DNA from: Octopus vulgaris
Lineage: Eukaryota
NCBI GenBank assembly: GCA_951406725.2
Contig: OX597837.1
Coordinates: 21,638,001-21,702,000, forward strand
Reading direction: 5' to 3'
Length of the DNA: 64,000 bases
The notes under the pieces were generated by a model. That model ran no database searches. It was not told the DNA's origin and saw nothing but the letters and a program-made list of their open reading frames with translations. Each line of letters begins with the position of its first letter. Positions within the stretch are counted from its first letter, which is position 1. The position numbers and the translations under genes were made by a program. Below are positions 51,133 to 63,123 of the stretch, one piece after another.

Positions 51133-51934
51133 TTGTGTGTCTGTGTTTGTCCCCCTAGCATTGCTTGACAACCGATGCTGGCGTGTTTACGTCCCCATCA
51201 CTTAGCGGTTCGGCAAAAGAGACCGAGGGAATATGTACTGGGCTTACAAAGAATAAATCCCGGGGTCGATTTGCTCGACTAAAGGCAGTGCTCCAGCATG
51301 GCCGCAGTCAAATGACTGAAACAAGTAAAAGATTAAAGAGTAAAGAGAGTATTGCATTTTAGGTTACATATAATTACCTTACTTCACAAAACCTTCAGAT
51401 CACCAAACAGATGATGCATTCAATAAAGGTGGCAAGCTGGCAGAATCGTTACTGCACCAGATAAAATTCTTTCAGCTCTTTAAGATTTTAAGTTCTGAGT
51501 TCAAATGCCACTGCGGTCAATATTGTCTTTCATACTTTCAGGATTGATAAAATAAGTATCAGTTGAGCACTCAAATCTGTTGGCCTTGAGTTGAAATTAG
51601 AAAGAATAATTCAATAGGGCTAGGCCAAGTAATTAATAACCAAATAATTTCAGAAAAGAACAAAAACCAGAATTAATTGTTTCTAATTGAGACACAAAGC
51701 TTGAAATTTTGTTGGGGAGATCATTAGTTGATTAGGTCAACTGCAATACTTGATTTCAAGTTTATTTTGTTGATCCCCTACAAAAATGAAAAGTAATATG
51801 GTTACAGACAAGATTTGAACTCAGGACAAACAGAGTTGAAATAAATACTAACAGACATTTATCCAATGCTCTTAAAACAGGTGCTCTGTCAGTTACAGCA
51901 GCAAGGGTTCCAATTGATCCGATCAACGGAACCA

Positions 51935-52375
51935 ATCCAAACAGATCAGGTGCTAAAGCATAACAGACCAGACCTAATGGTGGCCAACAAGATGCACATG
52001 TGCTATACAGTTGATGTTGCATGGCCCTTTGACCCACAAATAGTTAAGAAGGAAGGCAAAGAAAATAGATAAATACAACCCTCTTAAGTATGAAATAGCC
52101 CGACTATGGAAAATGAAGAAAATGAAGATAGTGTCAGTTATTGTTGCGTTCTCAGGGACAGTATCAGAAGGCATCAAGAGGAATACAAAAGGAATTCGAA
52201 TAGGGTACCCAGTAGAAATGTTACAAAATGGTTGTCTCCTTGGTACAGCCAGAATAATCAGGAAGGTATTAGATAGCTGAAAAGAACAAACAGCATGGTA
52301 CCGGAGGCTGCAGACAGCAACCCTACTGTGCATGTAAGAGTCCAGGAGTATCAACAAAACCTGTGATACAAAGAA
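51935..52375 (+). mobile_element. R4/Dong-type non-LTR retrotransposon 3' fragment (RLE domain)
   Basis: HNRPDLMV...VDVAWPFD...KY.PLKYEIARLW...CLLGTARIIRKVL* with frameshifts. Confidence 0.75.
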
Positions 52376-53184
52376 ATAATCCTTTTTTACTATAGGCACA
52401 AGGCTTGAAATTTGGGGGAAGGGGGCCAGTGGATTAGATTGACTCCAGTACGCAACTGGTACTTAATTTATCGATCATCCCCCACCCCCAGGATGAAAAG
52501 CAAAGTTGACCTCAGTGGAATTTGAACTCAGAACATAAAGACAAAATACCACTAAGCATTTCGCCCCACATGCTAACGATTCTGCCAGCTCGCTGCCTTG
52601 ATTAAAAGAAATAATAATAATAATAATTCTGTCTACTACTGGCAGAAAGCATGAAATCTGGGGCATGTGGACGAGTCAATGACAACATCCCCAATATTTG
52701 ACGAGTATTTATTTAATCAGCCTTAAAAGGATGAAAGGCAAAGTTGATCTCAGAGGAATTTGAATCCAGAATGAAATGTCAAGAAATGCTGCTAAGCATT
52801 TTGTCCATTGTGCTAATCAATTTTGTCAGTTTGCCGCCTTTATAAGTGTTTCAAATTTTTGGCACAAGGCTGGCAATTTGAGAAGAGAGGCTAAATTGAT
52901 TGCATCAAGCCCTAGTTCTCAAATGGAACTTATTAAGTGATCCCAAAAGGATAAAAGGCAAAGTTAACCTTGATGGAATCTGAACTCAGAACATAAAGCA
53001 ACAGAAGAAATGCTACAAAGCACTCTGTCCAATGTGCTAATGACTCTGCCAACTCATTACTTTAACAATCCTTTCTATTATAGGCATGGGGTCTGAAATT
53101 TTGAGGGAGGGAACTAGTCTATAACATCAACCCCAGTACATTATTTACATTCGACAGATATTTGTCCTCATCTTGTTTGTTGTT

Positions 53185-53230
53185 AACACAACGTTTCGGC
53201 TGATATACCCTCCAGCCTTCTTCAGGTGTC
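53185..53230 (-). ncRNA. Minimal type I hammerhead (inverted copy)
   Basis: gacac CTGAAGA a ggctg-gagggtatat-cagcc GAAA cg TT gtgtt. Confidence 0.72.
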
Positions 53231-53473
53231 TTGGGGAAATTTCAAACCTAGGTTCTCATTCCTAGGGTATTTTTCGATGTTATTATTATTATTATTGTTA
53301 TTGTTCAGGTCATTGCTTGGAATGCCCACGGACATATGGCATAGTGGTTAAGAGCACAGGCTACTAACCCCAAGATTCCGAGTTCGATTGCAAGCAGTGA
53401 CCTAAACAATAATAATAATAACAACATCAAAAAATACCTTAGGAATGAGAACCCAGGTTCGAAATTTCTCCAA

Positions 53474-53516
53474 GACACCTGATGAAGGCTAGAGGGTATA
53501 TCAGCCGAAATGTGTT
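53474..53516 (+). ncRNA. Hammerhead copy with a 3-nt deletion in stem III
   Basis: gacac CTGATGA a ggcta...cagcc GAAA t gtgtt. Confidence 0.6.
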
Positions 53517-54680
53517 AACAACAAACAAGATGACAAATATCCATCAAATGTAAGGAATGTAAATAATCTACATAATTCCTCATCTCTTAAATATAGAACT
53601 GTATCAATCCCAGTGTTTCACTGGTACTTAATTTGTTGACCCCAAAAGGACGAAAGGTAATGTTGACCTCAGCAGAATTTGAACTCAGAATATAAAGAGA
53701 CAAAGAAATGCTATTAAGCAATTTTATGTGCTAATGACTGCCAGCTCATCACTTTAATATTAATAACTCTTTCTATTGTAGGCTCAAGGCCTTAAAAGTT
53801 GATCTTGGTGGAATTTGAACTCAGAATGCAAAGGCAGATGAAATGTTGCTAAGCATTGTCTGGCATGCTAACAATTCTGCCAGCTCACTGCTTTAGTAAT
53901 AAACAATAATGATAATAATGGTTTCAGATTTTGGTACAAGGCCAGCAACTTCAGGGGAAGGGTAGGTCGATTACACCAATTCTAGTGTTCAACTAGTACT
54001 TATTTTATCAACCCTGAGAGGAGGGGAGGCAAAGTTGATCTCAGTGGAATTTGAACTCAGAATGTATAAGATGGACAAAATGCCACTAAGCATTTTGCCT
54101 GGTCAGCTAATAATTTGGCCAGCTCACCATAATCATCATCATCATCGATTAACGTCCGTTCTCCATGCTAGCATGGGTTGGACGGTTCGACCAGGGATCT
54201 GGGAAGCCAGAAGGCTGCACCAGGCTCCAGTCTTATCTGGCAATGTTTCTACAGCTGGATGCCCTTCCTAACGCCAACCACTCCATGAGTGTAGTGGGTG
54301 CTTTTTATGTGCCACCCGCACAGGTGCCAGGCGAGGCTGGTGCCTCAACAAGGGAGGAAAGGCATGCATAAGTGGGCTGGGCTCTAATAATAATAATAAT
54401 AATGATAACCTTTTCTACTAAAGGCACAAGGCCTGAAATTTGTGGGGAGGTGACTAGTTGATTACATCGACCCCAGTGTTTCACTGGTACTTAATTTATT
54501 GACCCTGAAAGGATGAAAAGCAAAGTTGACCTCAGCAGAATTTGTACTCAGAACATAGTGGACAGACAAAATACCACTAAGCATTTTGCCCAGTATACTA
54601 ACAATTCTGCCAGCTTGCTGCCTTAAAAATAAATAAATAAATAATAATAATAATAATGATAATAATAATAATAATAATGA

Positions 54681-55113
54681 TTTTGTTTATTGGCCACAAG
54701 GACCCAAAACATGGAGGACGAGTTACAACACAACAAAAAAATTACAACAAAAACATGTGGGGTTAACATAAATCAAGGGGGAGATACTACCACATTAAAG
54801 GATATAACAAGATATATAATAGAAAGTAGAGAAATAAATAATTAGAATCCCTAACAGTGGGGCAGTCCAGTTGGGGTAATCTGGGGTAAATCCCCCCACA
54901 AAAATTTTGGGTTACACTGCCATCTCCAAGGCATGGGAAAGTACCTTCTTCCAGTTTCTTTTCTCCTGCTTAGAAAAGCATATTCAGAGTAGATCTATTC
55001 AGTCTCACCAGCCTTGCCACTCTAGCCAACCTTTTGATAAACACACTAGAAGGCAGAACCTCCCTCTCTGCCCTCACCTTCCTTTTCAAATATTTGAAGA
55101 AATTGATGAGGGC
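54681..55113 (-). mobile_element. Tx1/L1-like LINE 3' end in (TAA)n
   Basis: ORF end ALINFFKYLKRKVRAEREVL...MLF*, 3' UTR ending ccttgtggccaataaa. Related 3' UTR at 55795-56062. The clade call is tentative. Confidence 0.5.
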
Positions 55114-55162
<49 letters not shown>

Positions 55163-56064
55163 CCTAGGCCCAGGAGTGGCTGTGTGGTAAGTAGCTTGCT
55201 TACCAACCACATGGTTCTAGGTTCAGTCCCACTGCGTGGCACCATGGGCAAGTGTCTTCTACTATAGCCTCGGGCCCACCAAAGACTTGTGAGTGGATTT
55301 GGTAGACGGAAACTGAAAGAAGCCCATCATGTATATGTATATATATATGTATGTGTTTGTTTGACTGTGTTTGTCTCCCCAACATCGCTTGACAACCAAT
55401 GTTGGTGTGTTTACATCCCTGTAACTTAGCGGTTCGGCAAAAGCAGACCGATAGAATAAGTACTAGGCTTACAAAGAATAAGTCCTGGGGTCGATTTGCT
55501 TGACTAAAGGTGGTGCTCCAGCATGGCTGCACTCAAATGACTGAAACAAGTAAAAGAGTAAAAGAGAGTAGTGACAGGCACAAAGCCTGAAGCTTGGGGA
55601 AAGTAATTATGTCAATTACATCGACCACAGCGCACAACTGGTACTTATTTTATCGATCCTCAAAAGATGAAAGGCAAAGTCAACCACGGTGGAATTTGAA
55701 CTCAGAACGTAAAGTGAGAAGAAATGCCACTAAACATTTTTTCCAGTGTGCTAATGATGATTCTGCTTAATAATAATAATAATAATAATAATAAATTCAT
55801 TTTATTGGCCACAAGGGCTGACAAACATGATTGGAAAACATAAAGGGACAAAACAGGACGAAAAGTTACAAAGGGTTTTGTCCGTTTGTGAAAAAAATCG
55901 TGTAAAAACAGTGTAACAATCAAATAATATAACAATGAAAAATTCCCAATAGGGGGAGGTGTTACGAAAGGTTCCTGGTGGAAAAACCCATAAAAGCCAA
56001 CGGGAGCCTGGTCAAAAGGCGGGTAGAGAGCCCAGAAGGTGGAACATCTAAAGATTCCCATTTG

Positions 56065-56390
56065 GTGTACGCTGCAGAATGTACGAAACACAACTTAATC
56101 TATGTTGGTTGCACAACACAACAATTAAACAAAAAGGTTTAATGGGCACAGATTCGACGTCAGGCACAATAACAGTAGTTCGACAGAACTTGCTGAACAT
56201 TTCATTTCAAACGTCTGCAATTTTGAAAAAGACTTGAAAGTGTATATTCTCAGAAAATATTCTGAATCTGCTTCACTTTCACTTCTTAAAATGCATGAGG
56301 ACAAATAGGTTTGCTGGTTATTAACATCACACCCTGGAGGAATGAATAAGACGACAGGAGAATATCATCAAATTTATACAAAACTACTAC
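56065..56390 (+). mobile_element. Penelope-like element GIY-YIG endonuclease relic
   Basis: VYAAECTKHNLIYVGCTTQQL, frameshift, RFNGHR...LAEHF...EDK*V..L.T..PGGMN. Confidence 0.8.
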
Positions 56391-56409
56391 TACTACTAAT
56401 AATAATAAT

Positions 56410-56703
56410 AAGACCTGGAAGTAGAGGTAACTCGAATGTGGAATCTAAAAACAGAAACAATCCCTATCATAGTAAGTGCAATAGGTATGATAAAAAAATA
56501 TTCAGAAAAATCCATAACAAAAACACCAGGACTTACAAACACATATAACATACAGAAAATTGCACTACTAGGCACTGCACACATCCTACGCAGAACACTT
56601 TCAATACAATAACCATCAGAGCACCACAACAAATCACAACACATACAGAGCTGCGCTCGGTAGTGAAGTGAAAGCACGTTATAAAAATAAAACTACTGAA
56701 TAT
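56410..56703 (+). mobile_element. R4/Dong-type element 3' end inserted in (TAA)n
   Basis: DLEVEVTRMWNLKTETIPIIVSAIG...IQKIALLGTAHILRRTL* with TAA repeats on both sides. Confidence 0.8.
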
Positions 56704-58699
56704 TAATAATAATAATAATAATAATAGACAATAAGCTTGTTTTGCAAAACAAGTGTAAGCGAATGTGTGTATGAGTGTGTATATGTGTTCATGTGTTTAC
56801 AAGCACATCTTTATCCACAGTAGCATCAATCCATGTCATTTTGTCCATGATTGCATGGGTTAGATGACAGGATATCACCATCCCTTGTGGGTCTTTGATA
56901 TCAGAGGAAACAGCCAATCCTTATTTTTTGTGTACAATGTGTCTTTTTGTGGAGGCGCAATGGCCCAGTGGTTAGGGCAGCGGACTTGCGGTCAGAGGAT
57001 CGCTGTTTCGATTCCCAGACCAGGCGTTGTGTGTGTTTATTGAGCGTAAACACCTAAAAGTTCCATGAGGCTCCGGCAGGGGGTGGTGGTGACTCCTGTT
57101 GTACTCTTTCGCCACAACTTTCTCTCACTCTCTCTTCCTGTTTCTTGAGTAACGCTGTGATGGACTGGTGTCCCGTCCAGCTGTGGGGAACACATACGCC
57201 ACAGAAACCGGCAAACCAGGCCCATGAGCCTGGCTAGGCTTGAAAAGGGCAACGTTTATCGTTATGTGTCTTTTTGTGCTTTTTCCCTTTTATCACTATT
57301 GCATGCCCTCCATCACCAAACAATTTACAAAATGGACCATGTACATATTATTGTACCACCAGCACTAGGAAAGTTATCTGTAAGGACCACATGAGCAAAA
57401 ACCTTCAGTCGTTTCTGAAATACCAGAGAGGGAGTTTAATGAAGAAAACTCAACTAAAATACAGGTACCTAATGTCAGTAGAAGTAACTAATATAAAGGT
57501 ACCTCATAACTCTAATTTTATTATAAGGGTACCTCACAACTGAAGGTACATATGTTTTGAGTTCAGATTCCACTGAGGTTAACTTAGCCTTTTATCCTTT
57601 CAGAGATGATGAAATAAGTATCAGTTGAACATTGGGGTCAATATAATTGACGAGCCCCCTCCACCAACATCTCAGGCCTTGCGCCTATAGTAGAAAAGAT
57701 TATTTTTTAACCCTTTAGCATTCAGATTATTCTGCCAAATTGAATGCTTATTTATTCACACTGTTTCTTCCTTCTTGAGCCATGCCTGGCTCATAAGGGC
57801 TGGTTTCCTGGTTTCCATGGCATATAGGTTCCCCACCTGGATGGGACAGCGGTCCATTGCAGGTGAGCTGCAAGATGCGGAAGGAAAGAGTGAGAGAAAG
57901 TTGTGGCAAAAGAGCCAGCAGAAGTTTGCCATTACCTTCTGCCAGAGCCGCGTTAAGCTTAGGTGTTTCGCTCATAAACGCACACATAACCCGGGTCTGA
58001 GATTCGAACCCGCGATCCCTTGACCACGAGACCACTGCTCTAACCACTAGGCCATGTGCCTCCACAACTATTTATTCACATTAGTTTCAATTAATTATTC
58101 ATTATCTCCTAGATTCAAAAATTTTGATGATGTGATTGTTTATTTTTAGAATAACATTGTATGACAGGTGGGAGAGGCCAAATCTGGCCGGTTTGAACAT
58201 AAAACAGGTACAATATTTGGGCCCGATATGGCTGGTTTAAACCCTGAAGGATTAAGGTGACTAGCAGGCAGAATTGTTAGAGCAGACAAAATGCTAGTGT
58301 TGTTTCTTTCAATTCATTTACCTTCTGAGTTCAATACCAATCAGCTACCGAAGAAGGCAAGCTGGCAGAATGGTTAGCATGCCAGATAAAATGCTTAGTG
58401 GCGTTTCATCTGTCTTTATTTTCTGAGTTCAAATTCTGCCGAGGTCGACTTTGCCTTTCAATCTTTTGGAGTCAATGTAATAGACTTACCCCCTTATCTG
58501 AAATTGCTAACTTCATGCCAAAATTTGAAACCAATATCCATCAGCTACTGAATAGGTATGATGTGGTGGACAAATGATGTTAGATGTACAAGACTAAGAA
58601 AATATTTATAGGGAGAGTTTACGAAAAAACAAAAAACGAAGACAGGTGGTGTACAAAACAAACAGATGTATTAGTATAACGCTCAGGAATACAAAAAGT

Positions 58700-58735
58700 C
58701 TTTTACGTTTCGAGCCTACGCTCTTCCACAGAAAG
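58700..58735 (-). ncRNA. Minimal hammerhead-like fold, A6U core (same family as 30781; insert about 58610-58760)
   Basis: cttt CTGTGGA a gagc-gtag-gctc GAAA cg TA aaag. Confidence 0.6.
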
Positions 58736-58836
58736 GGACACAGAAAAAACAAGGAGAGAAATATACATCTTTAAAATTGATACCATTTGTAACTAATTAT
58801 ATTCTTCATGTTGTGCAAGTTATGTGTGTGTGTGTG

Positions 58837-59050
58837 TGAGAGGGTACTGAAAAGTTCCTGGCTTTAAGGGCAACGTGAAAGGCCTGGTTGGAGGCCCAAC
58901 CTTCTGAGCTCTTTTACAGGGCTTAGAAAAACTGAAGGACCACTGCAATAAGTGTGTGAATCTAAGGGAAATATGTTGAATAAAATCATTATTAACTGAT
59001 CCTCCTGTGTTTTCTTTTACCCAAAGCCAGGAATTTTTAGCACCTCCTCA
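58837..59050. mobile_element. mariner-type MITE
   Basis: TIRs gagagggtactgaaaagttcctggcttt / aaagccaggaatttttagcacctcctc. Confidence 0.65.
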
Positions 59051-59518
59051 TGTATATGTGTGTGCATGCATGCATGTGTGTGTGTGTGCTAAAACACAAA
59101 ACCCTTGACCCTTGAGTCACTCTGTTGCTTCTGCCACAAGGCCAGTAGTTTCAGGGTAGTGGGTAAGTTGATTACATCAACACCAATGTCCAAGTGGTAC
59201 TTATTTTATCTACCCCAAAAGGATGAAAGACAAAGTCAACCTTGATAGCATTTGAACTCAGAATGTAAAGACTGACAAAATGCCACTAAGCATTTTGTCT
59301 GGTGCATTAACAATTCCACCAGCTCACTGCCTTAGTTTCTGCCAAATATTAATAAAATATAGGAGTGGCGGTGTGGTAAGTAAGCTTGCTTAACAACCAC
59401 ATGGTTCTGGGTTCAGCCCCACTGCGTGGCACCTTGGGCAAGTGTCTTCTACTATAGCCTTGGGCCAACCAAAGCCTTGTGAGCGGATTTGGTAGACGAA
59501 AACTGAAAGTAGCCCGTC

Positions 59519-59557
<39 letters not shown>

Positions 59558-59898
59558 TGTGTGTGTGTATATGTTTGTGTGTCTGTGTTTGTCCCCCCAA
59601 CATTGCTTGACAGCCGATGCTGCTGTGTTTACGTCCCTGTAACTTAGCGGTTCAGCAAAATAGATTGATGGAATAAGTACTAGGCTTACAAAGAATAAGT
59701 CCTGGGGTCAATTTGCTTGACTAAAGGCGGTGCTCCAGCATGGCCACAGCCAAATGACTGAAACAAGTAAAAGAGAGTAAAAGAATATACACACTCATGT
59801 TTTGAATCACCAAACCTATATGTGTTGTGTGTGTGTGTGTGTGCATATATATATATATACATATATATATATACTTTATTTAAAAGCAGCAGAAATTC

Positions 59899-59951
59899 AA
59901 CAAAACCTGTTACTCGGAGTTTCACGTTCCCGTTCGTCGGACAGTTTTGTT
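59899..59951 (-). ncRNA. Type I hammerhead, U4C core, in an inverted-repeat insert (59874-60070)
   Basis: aacaaaactgt CCGACGA acg-ggaa-cgt GAAA ctc-c-gag TA acaggttttgtt. Confidence 0.72.
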
Positions 59952-60246
59952 AAACTCCGAGTAACAGGCTTTGTTGAATTTCTGCTGCTTTTAAATAAAG
60001 CATATTACTCTACCCCTGGTATTTGAGTACTCTTTTTTCCACCTTGTTTCACATTTATGTGTTTACTCCGGTATATATATATATATGCATATTATTATTA
60101 TATATATAGTATTTTGCATTTTACTTAATCATCGTTATATGTTTTATCTTATATTTAATCTTTCTATAATATGTAATTTTCTAGATGGTATAATTTAATT
60201 TTTCATTATTGAGTTGATAAAAGGTGGGTTTTTTTCTAATTTATAG

Positions 60247-60286
<40 letters not shown>

Positions 60287-60596
60287 GGAGAGAGGGTCAA
60301 CAGATGAGACCCAGAGATGCTCAGTATAGAAAACACATAGTAGCATCCAAATGATTTGAACTTACACGCTGATATCTTTACTGAGAACTAAATCCGCAAG
60401 GTAAAGAGTGGCTATGAGTTTGCTCTGTTACTACATAAATATCTATATATTTATACACGAATATTCATCGTCTGAGTATTTTCACTCTTTGCTTTCTCTC
60501 TATTTACATGAATACATGTATGTATATTTCGTATATCTAACCCAAGCAGTTTTATTTGCTTGTTTATTTGCATCATTATCTATATCTATATCTATG

Positions 60597-60643
<47 letters not shown>

Positions 60644-60944
60644 CATAGAAAGAGAGGCAGTACCCTTGACATTTGCAAGCCACACTTCCTGACTGGCAGG
60701 ATTGATATGGCAGATGCCTAACCTTAACAGCTGCTTGAATAATGTTGGTGGGGAAGAAAGAATCAAAGATTTGGTCTGAATGTTTTCAACAATGTGAAAT
60801 TTACTAAAGGCCCCCAAGGACCAATTGTTGCTTCTATAATTTTGCTGTTTATCCCCCCAAGTCAACTGCGATGGAACAGTCCTATGGTAAGAAACCATTT
60901 AAACTATGTTCATCCTGTAATATTTTTCCAAAAATTTCATGGGT

Positions 60945-61372
60945 TTGGCTCTGTGGTAAAAAGATTTCTTTCCAACAACATGATTTCAGGTTCAGTCCCA
61001 CTGCATAGGACCTTGAGCAAAATGTCTTCTACTATATATTTCTTTACTACCCACAAGGGGCTAAACACAGAGGGGACAAACAAGGACAGACAAACGGGTT
61101 AAGTCGATTACATCGACTCCAGTGCGTAACTGGTACTTAATTTATCGACCCCGAAAGGATGAAAGGCAAAGTCGACCTCGACGGAATTTGAACCCAGAAC
61201 GTAACAGCAGACGAAATACGGCAACGCATTTCGCCCGGTGTGCTTACGTGTCTGCCAGCTCGCCGCCTTCTACTATAGCCTCAGGCCAACCAAAGCCTTG
61301 TGAGTGGATTTGGTAGACAGAAACTGAAAGAAGCCCATGGTGTGTGTGTGTGTGTGTATGTGTGTGTGTGTG

Positions 61373-61420
<48 letters not shown>

Positions 61421-61500
61421 TTGTTTATCCTCCACCACTGTTGATGTGTTTATATCCATGTAACTTAGCAGTTCAACAAAGGAGACCAATACATGTAAAC
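60945..61500 (+). mobile_element. Family A SINE interrupted by a young family B copy (61037-61268, minus)
   Basis: cttctactata is duplicated at both junctions. Confidence 0.8.
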
Positions 61501-61599
61501 AGGCCTGCTTTGAGCATGTACCTGTTGGAAGGAGCACAAGGGCTGAGAGAGAGATGCCTGCTCTATGGACAGGGTGATTCAATTCAGGATTCGTGTGGC

Positions 61600-61952
61600 T
61601 TTACATTCTGAGTTCAAATTCTGCCGAGGTCAACTCTGCCCTTTCATTGGGGGGGGGGGGTTGATGAAATAAATACCAGTTAAGCACTGGGGTCAATGTA
61701 ATCGATTAGCCCCCTCCCCTCCCCACAAATTGCTGGTCGTGTGCCTTTAGTAAAAGGGGTTATTATAAAAGCGGTGAGCTGGCGGAATTGATAACACACT
61801 GGACAAAATACTTTGTGGCATTTCTGTGTTCAAGTTCTACCAAGGTCAACTTTGCCTTTCGTTCTTTCAATATCAATGAAATTAACAATCAGTTAAGCAC
61901 TAGCTCCTACTCCTAAAAAATTTCAGGCCCTGTGCCTATAGTAGAAAGGATG

Positions 61953-61996
<44 letters not shown>

Positions 61997-62211
61997 GAAG
62001 GCGGTGAGCTGGCAAAATCATTAGCATGCCGGGAGACATGTTTAGTGGTATTTTGTCTGTCGCTACGTTCTGTGTTCAAATTTCACCAAGGTCAACTTTA
62101 CCTTTCATCCTTTCGGGGTAGATAAATTAAGTACCAGTTGAGTACTGGGGTTGATGAAATAGATTTAACCCCTCCCCCACAATTTCAGACCATGTGCCTA
62201 TAATAGAAAGG

Positions 62212-62246
<35 letters not shown>

Positions 62247-62865
62247 TGAGAAGGCGGCAAGCTGGCAGAAACGTTGGCAGGCCGGGCGAAATGCTTAGCA
62301 GTGTTTCGTCTGCCGCTATGTTCTGAGTTCAAATTCCACCAAGGTTGACTTTGCCTTTCATCCTTTCAGGGTCGATTAAATAAGTACCAGTTACGCACTG
62401 GGGTCGATATAATCGACTTAATCCGTTTGTCTGTCCTTGTTTGTCCTTTCTGTATTTAGCCTCTTGTGGGTAGTAAAGAAATAGGTATTTCGTCTGCTGT
62501 TATGATCTGAGTTCAAATTCCGCCGAGGTCGACTTTGCCTTTCATCCTTTCAGGGTAAATAAATTAGGTATCAGTGAAACACTGGGATCAACGAAATCAA
62601 CTTAACCCATCCCCAACAGTTTCAGGCTATGTGCCTATAGCAGAAAGGATCATTATTAAAGTGAACTGACAGAGTCAGCATGTTGGATGAAATGCTTAGC
62701 AGTATTTCGCTCATTGCTACATCCTGAGTTCAAATTCTGCTGAGGTTGAGTTTACCTTTCATCCTTTCAGGGTCAATAAAATAAGTACCAGTTATACACT
62801 GGAGTTGATCTAATTGACTCATCCCCTCCCCAAAATTGCTGCCCTTGTGGCAGAATTTGAAACCA
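61600..62865 (+). mobile_element. Head-to-tail array of family B SINEs separated by (TTA)n
   Basis: About 6 copies. Confidence 0.82.
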
Positions 62866-62868
62866 TCA

Positions 62869-62898
<30 letters not shown>

Positions 62899-62903
<5 letters not shown>

Positions 62904-63111
62904 TCTGCCTTAGTGAAGGTGGAGGTATTTTTTTCAGTTGTGTTTGTTTGTTTGTTTGTTTGCTTGCTTGTGGATAAGATATCTCAAGAACTGTTGGATG
63001 GATTCAGATGAAACTTTCAGGGATGTTTGGCCTCATGACTGGCACAAACTGATTTGACTTTGGGATCAATCCAGTTGCCTTGGCAGAGGTTTGCGCTCTC
63101 TGAGTGCTCTT
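62899..63111 (+). mobile_element. Helentron-associated (HINE/DINE-like) element
   Basis: Subterminal inverted repeat acctctgcc / ggcagaggt, internal (GTTT)n, 3' stem-loop gcgctc-tct-gagtgc. Confidence 0.55.
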
Positions 63112-63123
63112 ATTATTATTATT

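Larger units (their letters stand above)
53138..53602 (+). mobile_element. tRNA-headed SINE with hammerhead-bearing Penelope-type tail and inverted 5' duplication
   Basis: tRNA-like head at about 53330-53402 (TGGCATAGTGG, GAGTTCGATT). 53140-53322 mirrors about 53388-53567. Flanking atcaa(c/t)cccagt duplication. Confidence 0.75.
52380..54625 (-). mobile_element. Cluster of same-orientation family B SINEs with nested inserts
   Basis: About 8 copies of gatgaaaggcaaagttgacct...gaatttgaactcaga. Confidence 0.8.

Noticed and set aside
53330-53402. Possible tRNA gene
   Set aside because: The acceptor stem pairs poorly and the sequence is embedded in a mobile insert, so it is treated as a SINE head. 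The family D heads were treated the same way.
60500-60898. 132-aa ORF in unique-looking sequence
   Set aside because: It runs through a TA repeat and shows no recognisable domain or convincing splice pair.
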